DNA from: Mobula birostris
Taxonomy: Eukaryota
DNA length: 64,000 bases
Assembly (NCBI RefSeq): GCF_030028105.1
Contig: NC_092371.1
Coordinates: 53,992,439-54,056,438, forward strand
Direction: 5' to 3'
Numbering within the stretch: the stretch's first letter is position 1; each line of letters begins with the position of its first letter. Positions 12,608-25,025 of this stretch are shown here, one piece after another. Under the pieces are notes generated by a model, which searched no databases, had not been told where the DNA came from, and was given only the letters and a program-made list of their open reading frames with translations. The position numbers were made by a program, and so were the translations under genes.

Positions 12608-13693
12608 CCCCCACTTTTCCTTCGCTACATCGACGACTGCATTGGCGCTGCTTCCTGCATGCATGCTGAGCTCGTTGACTTTATTAACTTTGCCTCCAAC
12701 TTTCACCCTGCTCTCAAGTTTACCTGGTCCATTTCCAACACCTCCCTCCCCTTTCTGGATCTTTCTCTCTCTATCTCTGGAGACAGCTTATCTACTGATG
12801 TCTACTATAAGCCTACAGACCCTCACAGCTACCTGGACTATTCCTCTTCTCACCCTGTCTCTTGCAAAAACGCCATCCCCTTCTCGCAATTCCTCCGTCT
12901 CCACCGCATCTGCTCTCAGGACGAGGCTTTTCATTCCAGGATGAGGGAGATGTCTTCCTTTTTTAAAGAAAGGGGCTTCCCTTCCTCCACCATCAACTCT
13001 GCTCTCAAACGCATCTCCCCCATTTCACGCACGTCTGCTCTCACTCCATCGTCCCGCCACCCCACTAGGAATAGGGTTCCCCTTGTCCTCACCTACCACC
13101 CCACCAGCCTCCGGGTCCAACATATAATTCCCCGTAACTTCTGCCACCTCCAATGGGATCCCACCACTAAGCACATCTTTCCCTCCCCAACTCTCTCTGC
13201 TTTCCACAGGGATCGCTCCCTACGTGACTCCCTTGTCCATTCGTCCCCCCCATCCCTCCCCACCGATCTCCCTCCCGGCACTTACCTTTGTAAACGGAAC
13301 AAGTGCTACACATGCCCCTACGCTTCCTCCCTCACCACCATTCAGGGCCCCAGACAGTCCTTCCAGGTGAGGCGACACTTCACCTGTGAGTCGGCTGTGG
13401 TGATATACTGCGTCCGGTGCTCCCGATGTGGCCTTCTATTTATTGGCAAGACCAGACGCAGGCTGGGAGACCATTTCGCTGAACACCTATGCTCTGTCCG
13501 CCAGAGAAAGCAGGATCTCCCAGTGGCCACATATTTTAGTTCCACATCCCATTCCCATTCTGACATGTCTATCCACAGCCTCCTCTACTGTGAAGATGAA
13601 GTCACACTCAGGTTGGAGGAACAGCACCTTATATTCCGTCTGGGTAGCTTCCAACCTGATGGCATGAACATTGACTTCTTTAACTTCCGTTAA
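12608..13693 (+). CDS. Penelope ORF, 5'-truncated: RT C-terminal half plus GIY-YIG endonuclease
   Basis: LFLRYIDDCIG lies in frame upstream of ATG 12659; the ORF contains LPFLDL, VYYKPT, CKRNKCYTC and VIYCVRCSRCGLLFIGKT, with no stops over about 360 codons. Confidence 0.9.
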   Translation, partial: PPLFLRYIDDCIGAASCMHAELVDFINFASNFHPALKFTWSISNTSLPFLDLSLSISGDSLSTDVYYKPTDPHSYLDYSSSHPVSCKNAIPFSQFLRLHRICSQDEAFHSRMREMSSFFKERGFPSSTINSALKRISPISRTSALTPSSRHPTRNRVPLVLTYHPTSLRVQHIIPRNFCHLQWDPTTKHIFPSPTLSAFHRDRSLRDSLVHSSPPSLPTDLPPGTYLCKRNKCYTCPYASSLTTIQGPRQSFQVRRHFTCESAVVIYCVRCSRCGLLFIGKTRRRLGDHFAEHLCSVRQRKQDLPVATYFSSTSHSHSDMSIHSLLYCEDEVTLRLEEQHLIFRLGSFQPDGMNIDFFNFR

Positions 13694-13988
13694 TGCCCCA
13701 CCTCCCCCTCGTACCCCATACTTTATTTATTTATATACACACATTCTTTTACTCTCTCTCCTTTCCTCCCTCTGTCTCCCTCACTATACCCCTTGCCCAT
13801 CCTCTGGTTTCCCCCTCTCCCCCTTTTCTTTCTCTCTAGGCCTCCTGTCCCATGATCCTCTCATATCCCCTTTGCCAATCACCTGTCCAGCTCTTGGCTG
13901 CATCCCTCCCCCTCCTGTCTTCTCCTATCATTTTGGATCTCCCCCTCCCCCTCCCACTTTCAAATCTCTTACTAACTCTTCTGTCAGT

Positions 13989-14026
13989 TAGTCCTGATGA
14001 AGGGTCTCGGCCTGAAACGTCGACTG
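13989..14026 (+). ncRNA. Minimal type I hammerhead ribozyme (Penelope), intact core
   Basis: TAGTC-CTGATGA-AGGGTCTCGGCCT-GAAAC-GTC^GACTG gives stem I AGTC/GACT, stem II, a palindromic ACGT stem III and a GUC cleavage triplet. Confidence 0.8.
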
Positions 14027-16224
14027 CACCTCTTCCTATAGGTGTTGCCTGGCCTGTTGCATTCACCAGCAACTTTTAAGTGTGTTGCTTAAAGCCAGTA
14101 CAAGTAGGTATCAATCCCTAAAAACAAGCTATCAGCCCAGAATCAGCAACTAAATCCAGCTATAAATAGCATTTGTATTGGAGGCATAGGGAAGTGAGAA
14201 GGAGTTGGTGATTTGATGTGGTTGTGTTGGACTGCGAAGTGTTTCATAAAGTTCCCATACATAGTTAGGGAAAGCCTTAGGGTTATTATACATGGCTTTA
14301 TGGAAAATAAACCTGCACATCACCAAAGCCTATGGGGTTATAATTATAGAGCTGTGTGATAGCTGCAGGAAATACAATGGCTCCATTTCAACTGTTCCTT
14401 ATTATTTCCAATTAATGAGGGAAAGGTACAGCTGCACAACATATCCATTAGTTACTATTTTAAAAATAGTTTATGCATCAAACTCTTGGAATTTCAACTA
14501 AAATTATTTTCATCTGCACAGAGATTCCTGCTATCTTTCCAGCTGGATTAAAAAATTATAAACCTAGATGTTGCAGTCAGCTGCACCTACTTTCTGCTGG
14601 TGTATAGGTGAAATTTTCACTTCTTCATGGAACTTCCTGGGCAAAGCCAATGTAAAGTAACATCTGTCTGCCAGATTCTACAGTGAGGTAATGCCCTTGT
14701 TTCAGAAACACTGACACATTGTGGGGGGGGGGGGCACAAAATAGTGGGGTGAGGGTTGAGAGACAATTAAGGTTGCTGGTAAAATCCTCTTCCAAGAAAT
14801 TGTGGAGAAAGCTGTGAGAGATAATTAATCTTTATCCCTTGTTTATCCAGCTTTCAAGTTGTCAAACAATTAAATGTTTCTGACAATAAAAGTACTAAAC
14901 ATAAATCTAATGTTTAGAGTATTGAATATTAATAAAAAGAATCTCAAGCAATTAAAATCATTCAAGTAAATTCAAAAAGAATCTAAAATATAAAAGCCCT
15001 GGGAATAACTTAAACTATCACAGTTAATAATTTCTATTGAAATTAATGGGGTACATTTTCCTGTGTTGTATATGTAGTAGCAGTATAAATTATCCCAGAT
15101 TCCTACCTCACGCGTAAACTTCTCAAGAACCATAGTTAAAAAAAAGAGCTGTGGAATTCAAGTTTCATTGCTAAAGCAGAAAGCAGCAAACAAACATCAT
15201 CAAATTACTTGGCTTCATCAATAAATGATAAAGAATAAATCTGACATCTCAGAAATCTGGGTATAATTTCTATGTGGACCACTGATTTTGTCTAAAATGG
15301 GAAATCTACCTTATTAAAGAAGTGTATATTCTACTTAGAAAGTCTAAAGTGCAAATATTGTTCTATGCATTGACAATTATGGATTTATGCTAAAGGAGTC
15401 AAATTTTGAAAGGAAAATTCAAGAAAACTAAGTTGAATACAATTTTTCCTCAAAATGCAAAAATGCACATTTAATGTCCTTATATTTAATTATCCTTATA
15501 TAAATAAATTAACTTTTATGAATTTTAGCTAATTATATATAATAATTGCTTCGTATTTATCTACATATTTTAAGAAACTATATATATATATATATCAAAA
15601 ATATCAATGGCATATGGTGACTATAACTGAGTGGAAGTTAGTCCTCAAAGACTCAAAGACTCAAATATTCTTTTTGCTTATTTGCCGGTTCTTCTGGCAG
15701 AGTGCTACACAAGAAAGAACTGCTGTGTTGGACAAAAAAAACATTTTATTATTCTTTTCTGTTTGCTCTGTACTTGTGATGGTATTGACTATAAAGCTTA
15801 CTTCTGCATTCTTCGACTGAAGCAGCTAGAAAAAGTCATCACAGAATCTGCGGCGTCTGAGTCTGCGATAGATGAAAGCAAATAAAGATAAGTGCAGACT
15901 ACTAATTTTATTTGAACACTATCATCTAGTTTTCGGGTAGAAATAAAAACAAAATTTTGAAAACTTCTAATGAATACTTGAAACAGAAAATAAAGCAATG
16001 TGAAGTGCACAAAATAAAACATTCTCTTATCCTTCGCTGGCAACTGATGGAACCAAAGAAAACACAGGACTAAGGAAAAGAATTAAAATCATTATATACC
16101 AGTTCATTTAAATATATGGTGAATAAATCAATCCTTGCTAATCATTCGTTCCACTTGAGATTTAAATAATTTAAATATCAGAGGCTATAAGTACATGCTG
16201 AAGAAACACTGGAATGTTTGACAA

Positions 16225-16490
16225 GTGACATTGAGATTCCTTCTGCCTTTTAGAATAGGTGTCTGGATTCCCATGATACAATGGAAAGGGCAGCTAGGAG
16301 ATCACCTTGTGTTTTGTGCAAGGCCACCAGAAATAGATGAACAGGTTCTTTGTTTAGTGTCAAAAGTTTAGTTTCCATATTAATCTACTTGAACCTGTAT
16401 AAGTCAAACATATAATTCACAATGCACAAAATGCCTTTGAATCTTCACAGACTATGTTAAGGTGCTGTATGAATGCAAGTCCGTTCTTAA
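16225..16490 (+). mobile_element. Degraded Deu-domain SINE with L2-type tail
   Basis: 'gattcccatgatacaatggaaagggcag' and the tail 'aaggtgctgtatgaatgcaagtc'. Confidence 0.45.
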
Positions 16491-19400
16491 TTGCAGGGCT
16501 ACAGCAGGTGCATCCTTCTGACTGCCTACCCTCCTTTCACCTTTCATCAATCAATATCAATGTTATCATCAACAGAAGAATTCTTAACTTTTGGAAATGG
16601 CCACAAGAAGAAGATCCTTAATTGTGTAAGCAGATGAACAATAATTACCTTTTACACAGGAGCTCAAAAATGTGTTTGGAATGGTGTGTAATCTTTCAGT
16701 ATAAAAAGGTTGAATCAACAGTAAACTTGTTTTAAAAATTACCCAAAAACTGAATGTTACTTTGCAGAATTATGGACTCATTGTAGAATCATTCAGCGAA
16801 TTCCATCTGCAGATTCTCTTTTATTTTTTTCAGAATGAATTGGAAGTGTTGGTCAATTAGTTATTTATACAGTGGAACATGATTAGCAATCACCATTTGG
16901 AAATACCAAACAACAAAACAATCATTGACCCCTATAATTAGGCTTACAAGTCTGTAGAATTCATTACCAATTAGATATGTTTTTTTTCTTTTTATTGGAC
17001 TAGTGCTGTCTTTAAGGTCCATTGCTAATTATGTACTGTCTTATTAAGTATCCACTAAACAAATCAGTCCCGTGACATATACTTATAAAATCACTGATAT
17101 TTATTTAATAATGTACAGTAAATTCCAATTAGTAATTGCACAACTATTCACAATGCAACAAACTACACCGACATCAATTACTCGGCATTTTAATGATTAC
17201 TTTACGAACGTTGGAAGTATGCTACCTTTCACGTAAGTCAGTATCCTAATTCAAGCACAGAAAATATATTACATATTCTGTGTTATAATTCTTTTTTTCT
17301 CAAATCGCTAGCTTCAAATTACTGGAGTTTCATGTTTTAATTTACAGTACAAAAAAGTTTTGCCATAAACTAGTTCACCAGAGCCTATGTTTTATTGTCC
17401 AGTGTTTGAAATACCAATTGATATGACTTACTTCATCATGATCGCACCGCAAGGAGGAGTGTGATGTTTTATTGTGACCTCATTATTTTGATGCAGCCTA
17501 GAAAATTATAAATCTCACAGCACTGCTTGTAACATGTAAAAGGGACAATGAAAAATTGATCTTCTTTGGGTGGCAGTATAATCATAAGGAAATGAGCATT
17601 GTACATCAATGATATTGGCTTAAAAGTTCACATTGATTGTTTTGACCTTTTTTGTCAGCTCAAACCCTACTTAAAGCTGCAGTGTGCCTGCATGTCAGCC
17701 ATTACAGTTCCTTTCAACAACGAGCAGAAATGTTTGCAAATGTGACTACACCAGCAATTCACAAGCATTTAAATTCATGTACTATATGCTTTCACATTAA
17801 TAATTAATCTCCCACTATCCCACCATCACATTCCAACAGCAAATTCTGCTCTCTGCAAAAGCTGCATTTGATTTTGCTGTCACTTATAATTAATAATTGT
17901 TTACATTTCGTGGCAGAACACCATTCCTATTCACATTTTCTTCATGCACAGAATATTGAAACGGGATTTAATGTACAAAGGCGCAAAGCTATCACTGCAT
18001 ATGCATTAAAAACTTGCGATATGTGGAAGGTAGCTGATTAGACTTGGAATAGCATAGGGTGTTTCAGTGAACATACTGTACAATTGTGCAAAATTAGGAA
18101 AATAGGAAATGCACTGAGCTTGTGAAAATAAACTGGCAGGCCTACTGGGAGCCTCTCACACAATTGTAATACATCTTTCCCATTATACTGTGAGGTAAAA
18201 TAACACTGCCGCTGTTCCACTGGAAATGTACTTTACAGAAGCTTATTTCAGATAAAGAAAAACATATCATAGAAATGCTGTTCGCATTCGATGTTTCAGC
18301 AGTTTGCTGCTCAGATTTCATTAAAGCTAAAGCAGGAAACAATGCCACAGCTACGTATATTCACTTACCCTGTCAATCATTGGTACTCTGCAGTTCAGTT
18401 GTATGTATAAACACAATCTGTAACCTGTGAAATTCTAATACTATCAGGGCAAAAACTAGAAAAAAATATGGAAACGATTTCAAAAACTCATTTCTTTCGA
18501 GGCTTGAAATTTCATGTTGTTGTAATTTTATAGAAAAGTCACCTTGATCCTGAAAATGGAATACTTCTACATTTTTCCTCCATGCTGATATTTTAAGTTC
18601 TTGGAATAAAACTCACTTCATGCTGATGCACTGCCCTTTGGTGCATGTGATGCTTGATAAACTTGCGCACAGGTTTTGTCAAAAGTTTGAGTCTGATGAA
18701 AGAAGATAGGTATGAATACTGATATTTAATTCAACCTCACTGACTGTGCAAAGCACTATCTATTTAAAAGAAAATGTTCATGGTGCAAAAATTATATTAA
18801 AATCTTAGGGAGAGAAATCAAAGAAAAATGCATGGTTCTGTCCAACAATAATCTGTTAGAGCCAGCATTACAATGCACGTAGAAACAAGAGGCAAAGTAA
18901 AAGTGAACTACAAAAACATCAGAATTCAATGGTCTTCTGCTTTTTTAAAATTTTGCTTGTGTCAGCTGGGAGTCTCTGTGCACTAAGACATGTCACATGC
19001 TCAACGCCAAGCAATTTTTAGTCAACTGCTTTCAGGTTTCTATTAACACAAAATATTAATGTTTGAACAAACAAAAGTGTAACTGAAAAATGAAGACATT
19101 TAATTGCATGCAAAAGTGAAAAATTAAAGATGGAAATGAAAATAACTTACTAAATAAATATAAACAGAGAAAAGATAATAATTCTGTGAAAAGCAAGCTC
19201 GTGCTTTCATTGATGCTTAAATTCCAGTGAAAATCCAGTCAGATTGCAAAAGTTTAACTACGTAAAAATCACATCTTGTGAAATTGCATAAAATATTAAA
19301 ATACTCTGTGTCCATAAAGCAAAGCTACAAAAAGGATTGAAAAATACAGCTTAAATTTGCAGAACACTTATTTGCAAAATCCAAATGCAAAATATGCTGC

Positions 19401-19967
19401 CCTTAAAATGCACATTGTTTACTGAACATATTTTATGTGCACATTCCTATACACTTCTTTTCCACATGAAATATAGCTAGGCTAATTGAAATCAGTTTTA
19501 TGCACTCTCAGAGTTAACTTTGACACCTAGACATTTAAGAAAGTTACATGGCAAAAATTTATGTCTAAAAAAAAATTCCATCTGCATTGCCTGAAGATTT
19601 AAAAAGAAACATCTGGGTGCCAATTTCCATCTGTGTGCATTCTCTTGGGCAAAGGAGGTACCTTCTCACCTTTGAACTTGAGCAATACTTTTATGTGATA
19701 CCCGTGAAATAGTTTGCAGTGTGCCCACAACCTGCTTTAAATACAGAGGTGAACATTATAATGGTTATTTCATTTTAAAAGAATGTAGACAAATCTTTGT
19801 AGGTTCCCCATGATCTATAAGTGCAAGTAGATAAACAGCAGCAAACCCTAGTATTCAAAACAGAGGGACAAGTATCATACACCCTTAACAGCATCATTTT
19901 CCAGATCAACTTCAATTGTAGCATGGAATCAGCAATGGAAATTTCTATTATGCTGCAATGTAACATA

Positions 19968-20962
19968 CAGTGCCTGTAAAAAGTATTCATCCCCCCCCCC
20001 CGGGAAGTTTACATGTTTTATTGTTTTACAACATTGAATCACAGTGGATTTAATTTGGCTTTTTTGACACTGATCAACAGAATAGCCTCTTTTGTGTCAA
20101 AGTGAAAACAAATTCCTACAAAAGTGATCTAAGTTAATCACAAATATAAAACACAAAATAATTGATTGCAGAAGTATCCACCCCCTTCAAGTCAATATTT
20201 AGTAGATGCACATTTGGCAGTAATTACAGCCTTGAACCTGTGTGGATAGGTTTCTATCAGCTTTGCACATCCAGACATTACAATTTATCCCCTTTCTTCT
20301 TTACAAAGCTGCTCAAGCTCTGTCAGATTGCATGGGGATTGTGAAGGAACAGCCCTTTTCAAGTCCAATTTTCAATTGGATTGAGGTCTGGAATCTGATT
20401 TGGCCACTCTAGGACATTAATTTTTTTGCTTTCAACTGTATACCTTTGGCTTTATGTTTAGGGTCATTGTCTAACTGGAAAACAAATCTTCTCCCAAGTT
20501 CTGCCAAATTCTAGCTGAGATTTCATGCAAATGTTTTTCAACAGTGGCTTTCTTTTTGCCACTGCCCCACAAAGTTGTGATTGGTGAAGCTCCCAAGCAA
20601 CAGTTGTTGTATGCACAGTCTCTCCCATCTTAGCCACTGAAGCTTGTAACTCCTCCAGAGTTGTCATAGGTCTCTTGGTGGCCTCCCTCACTAGTTCCTT
20701 TCTTGCACAGTCACTCAGTTTTTAAGGACAGCCTGCTCTAGGCATATCTACAGCTGTTCCATATTCTTCCCATTTCTTGATAATTGACTTAACTGTACTT
20801 CAAGGGATATTCAGGGGCTTGGAAATCTCCTTGCATCCATCTCCTAAATTGTGCTTTTCAATAACCTTTTCATGGATTTGCTTGGAGTGTTCTTTTGTCT
20901 TTGTGGTGTAGTCTTTGCCAAGATACTGACTCACCAGCAGTTGGGCCTTCCAGGTACAGCTG
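19968..20962 (-). mobile_element. Tc1/mariner transposon, internally deleted, one TIR retained
   Basis: TA|CAGTGCCTGTAAAAAGTATTCA terminus with an inner DR near 20171; transposase HTH fragments 'TKEHSKQIHEKVIEKH...ISKPLNIP' and 'REATKRPMTTLEELQ...AKRKPLLK'; most of the DDE region is missing near 20500. Confidence 0.9.
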
Positions 20963-21004
20963 CAGCCCATCTCATACATGTTCAAGGCAAAGATCAGGAA
21001 TAAA

Positions 21005-21120
21005 GTCTTTGGAATATCTGTTGGTGTTTCTGTAGCTCTGAGCTTTTACAGGGTTGGTCACTAGTCCCGCGCCCAATCCTCCTCCTTTCACAGTCCAGTT
21101 CGGGCCGTCCATGGGGTAGT
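21005..21120 (-). mobile_element. RTE-related SINE or 5'UTR fragment
   Basis: Reverse complement 'ggattgggcgcgggactagtgaccaaccctgtaaaa'; shares 'ctgttg.tgtttctgtagc' with 3257-3275. Confidence 0.55.
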
Positions 21121-23837
21121 TAAATTATTTGATTAGCAAAGAATAAATAAAAACCTACTTTCAGCACACATGCAGGAAAGGTTTTCTAATTTACTTTTGA
21201 AATAATTACTGCATAGGCCCCTCCTTTTTCATGAGTCTTTGCACCGTGGAAGGTTATTGCACAAAGTGAAAACATAACAGAAAGACTTTTGTACACATTG
21301 TAGAATTTTCACAAAAGCTGAAAATAGCAGTAATAGTCCATGTGACTCTATGCTGATGTAATAAAACAAAGGAGACAGCAATTGTAAAAAGTGTTCAACA
21401 AATTATTTATCCACAGGAGTAAACCACAGAGCTGTGAATGGCTAATATTTGAAAGACCAGATGCAATGTTAGTTTATATTCAATGCTTGTCTTTTATTTG
21501 TTCAAATTATGGCATTCAGACACCAAGAATTAATCTCAATATTCAAGATCTTAAAAAATAAATTAGATCATAATGCAATTTTGGTAATTGTTCCCTGTTG
21601 TACTAACTAGAATAATACTGTAATCCAATGAAAGTATCAAAAAATATTATTGCTGCACTGCTGAAATGTCATTAAAGCATTGGATCTTTAAGACATTTTG
21701 GCAGATAATACTCATATCATTGAGATGTGACAATTGTTAGCATGACTATTAAAATATGACACTTAACATGAGATCTTTATTAATTTGTATACAGATGTCA
21801 TATAATACACTGTCACATTTAAACTGATCTATTAATAATATTATTTCTACTGCCTGTTCAGAAAAAAATTACTCTGAGGGTACTAACACTTTGATTTTCT
21901 TTCCCTATCCTTTGCAAAATATGTGGAGAAATCTGCAAAACATTACAATCACTCAAGTGAATGCAACAGAAAATCAAGCTCTGGATAAATGATTAACTCT
22001 TTCCTGATAGGTCTTCTACATGTTTACTACCACAGCAGTTACAATCACATTGCATTACTTTCCAATCAACGTGGTTTTATAATGATAAATCTGATGTCAA
22101 CATTGGCCACATCCCAGGTTTCAGCATAATGCTTTCCGTCAAGGCTACTGCAGCACTTTCTAGCAATGACTCAACCACACTGCATTGCAACACAACAGAT
22201 TCAAAAATGCTGTAGTTTGCTGATTTGTGCATTTCACTTGGGGCTTGCTGATCTCAAGGCTTTTTTTAGGTTGTACTAGGTAAGAGTCATTATGGCTCAC
22301 TCTAATGAAAGCTCTCATGCACATAGAACGTTTGGCAAAGACTATTTTCATTACTAGTTATACTGATACAGTATAAACCAAAAAATATATAACTCAAGAT
22401 AAGTTAAGACATAATTAATAATATGTTTATTCACATCTGCTACTTTTAGTTCTATTTCTAAAGCAATGTGTTTTGGGATGTATTTAGGTAAAACTGACCT
22501 TTTAGTTTGTAATTTCACTTTATTCTTTGAACTCCAAATGTAAAATCCTCCCACTAACAAAATGCTGCCCAAATGAAAAAAAAATGGCCTCACAAACTTC
22601 AATCCAATTACTTATAAATTCAGATCAATTTCATAGATCCCAATAATCCCAGTTTTCAGAAAATTGATAACAAAAAGGATATATATTTAATTTTATATTT
22701 ATGCAATTAAGACAATAATGAAGTTCAACATTAATATTTGAGAAAAAAATTGGAAACACAGAACATAATGTATAACTGTAGTTGCACTTGAAATCGCTTA
22801 ACAGGAAGGCAATCTTGTTGAATGTCAACCTTCAGCTCACCCATATTCAATTACAAACAGAAAATTTCATTTAAAATAGAAAGGTAAAGGGTGAAGAAAA
22901 AAATAGGCCATTGCAATTCCTCTCAAGTATCATAGAGGATAATTAGATACAATGGCAAGCTGTGGTGGGTCTACTTTACAGTGTGGTTTGGAGAGCTGTA
23001 TTTGTAATTACACAGCCATCATACTGAATGCAACAACCAGTGCTTGACTGCACCATGGCAGCCCATCAAACCACCAGCAACAAAATAGCTTGAGAATCTA
23101 TATAAACCAGGAGTTAAGATCAATGAGTATCACAAAGTGTTTATGATGAATCCTGTTGGCTTGCAAGAAGGATTGTTCTTGTTGATCCATTATCATTCGA
23201 AAATAAAACTGGCCACAATAAACCGTGATCAAATACACATTTTTCAACTGCAGACCTCTAAGAAGGTCACTGTAATGTATCATCTGTCCCATACTGACTG
23301 TCAACTGAAAATAAATTCATTACTTGAATTTTCAAGTTGAGAAGTACATAACCTCCATTCATTTCTTTAGCTTAATGAGAATATAACATAATTCCCATTT
23401 TCTTAACAAGTTAATCATGCTGTTTAGGCAGTGGACTTCTCCCTCACCCAACTTGAACTTCAGGCCTGTCCAATGTACTTTAACACTGAGTATTGTCTTC
23501 TGTCGATACTTTACTCGTATTTAGAAATTCAAGTATTTTTAATGAGAAGTGAAAATGTAAACTATCACAAAAATCACAGAATAAATTATCACCTAAAGCT
23601 CAATTGGCTCACTTCAAAGTAGATTTAGACTTGCTTATACTCAATGTCAGCACATGATTGATTCTGCTAAAACAAAGACTGATTTGGTAACTCAAGAATA
23701 ACTACAGAAGTAAAGTGAACAAAGCCCAGACTTCCCCTTGCACAGTACAACACTTTAATGAACCACACATATCATACAGAGAATTAATTGACATTTTGTA
23801 CAATACACAATGTATTTCCAGACATTCATTTAGGTTA

Positions 23838-24058
23838 ACAGACACAAAATATGGGGGAACTCAGCAAGTCAGGAAGCATCTAAGGAGAGGAATAAAGAGT
23901 TGATGTTTCAGGCTAGGGCCCTTCATCAGTACTGTATGAATGGTCGTGACCTGCCCCAAAATGTCAAATCTCCATAGATGCTACCTGACTCGTTGAGCAC
24001 CTCCAGCATTTTGTGGGTGTTAATATTGATTTGCAGCATTTGCAGAAACTCTTGTGTT
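23838..24058. mobile_element. Palindromic pair of Penelope hammerhead tails
   Basis: A minus tail (23838-23934) is immediately followed by a plus tail (about 23935-24058). Confidence 0.75.
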
Positions 24059-24749
24059 AACTCTCTTAGTACTATTGAGATTTAGCATGGACATGGGTCT
24101 TAATAACTCGGTTGTGATTTGCTTCATGATTAGGTGTGTTCAAAAGATTTACATCTACTTGAATACCATTGGGCAATCCAAGGGGCCCATCTTTCTTAAG
24201 GTAGATTGCTTCTTTAAGTTTTTATCTTTGATTATCAGGCTATTTACAGTTCCTATATATTAATGCCCTTATTCTCCCTTGGGTTGTTTTCTTGTTCCAC
24301 TTCTCAAAGTTCTTCTTGAATCCTTCCATAAACAGTGCTCAATCTACCTAGTCATATTTTCAGGTCTCCAAGTGATCTCTTTAGTTACCTTCAGGCCCAA
24401 TGATCTCATTGTGATTTCAACATCTCAATGATTTTCCCTCCCCTTCTTGTTCTTCTCCATGCAATCCACCCTTCTCACCCTCACTGGAAACATAAACCCC
24501 ACTCTAATATTTTTTCCTGACATCCTCCACAATCTCATCTCTCCCCGATGGAAGGTTATAAGCATTTGTGTGAGAAAGGCTTATCTATTATATAACTGTA
24601 CCTTAGGTACCTTGCATGGTGAGTATTGGAGCCTACAGGGTATTGCAAAAAAATGGAGTGGTCACCAGCACAATTCCACTTCAATGAACGTTTTATGTGA
24701 TGAACAGTTTCTAGACCAGAGTCTTTCAACTCGCACCAAAAGCTTTATT

Positions 24750-25025
24750 GATTTATTTTATTCAGAGATACAACGTGGACCCTTCTGGCACAAGAAGCCA
24801 CACCACCCAGCAACCCACCTATTTAACACTAGTCTAATCACAGGATAATTTACCATGTCAATTAACCTGCTAACCAGTATGTCTTTGGAATGTGGGAGGA
24901 AACACATGTGTTCATGGGGAGGCCATACAAACACCTTGGTGACAATGTTAGAATTGAACTCCGAACACTGATACTCCAAGCTGTAGTTGTGTCGCACTAA
25001 CCACACTATGCTGCCATGACACCCC
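24750..25025 (-). mobile_element. V-SINE
   Basis: Antisense V-domain 'gtctttggaatgtgggaggaaac' with the tRNA head at the right end. Confidence 0.8.

Larger units (their letters stand above)
11079..14091. mobile_element. Penelope-like retroelement insertion with inverted arms
   Basis: Minus arm 11079-12605 (interrupted) and plus arm 12606-14091; TSD AAGCCAGTACA at 11068-11078 and 14092-14102. Confidence 0.95.

Noticed and set aside
18369-18387. Minus-strand microexon with a GTAAGT donor
   Set aside because: The acceptor is weak and the length is 19 nt; there is no other support.
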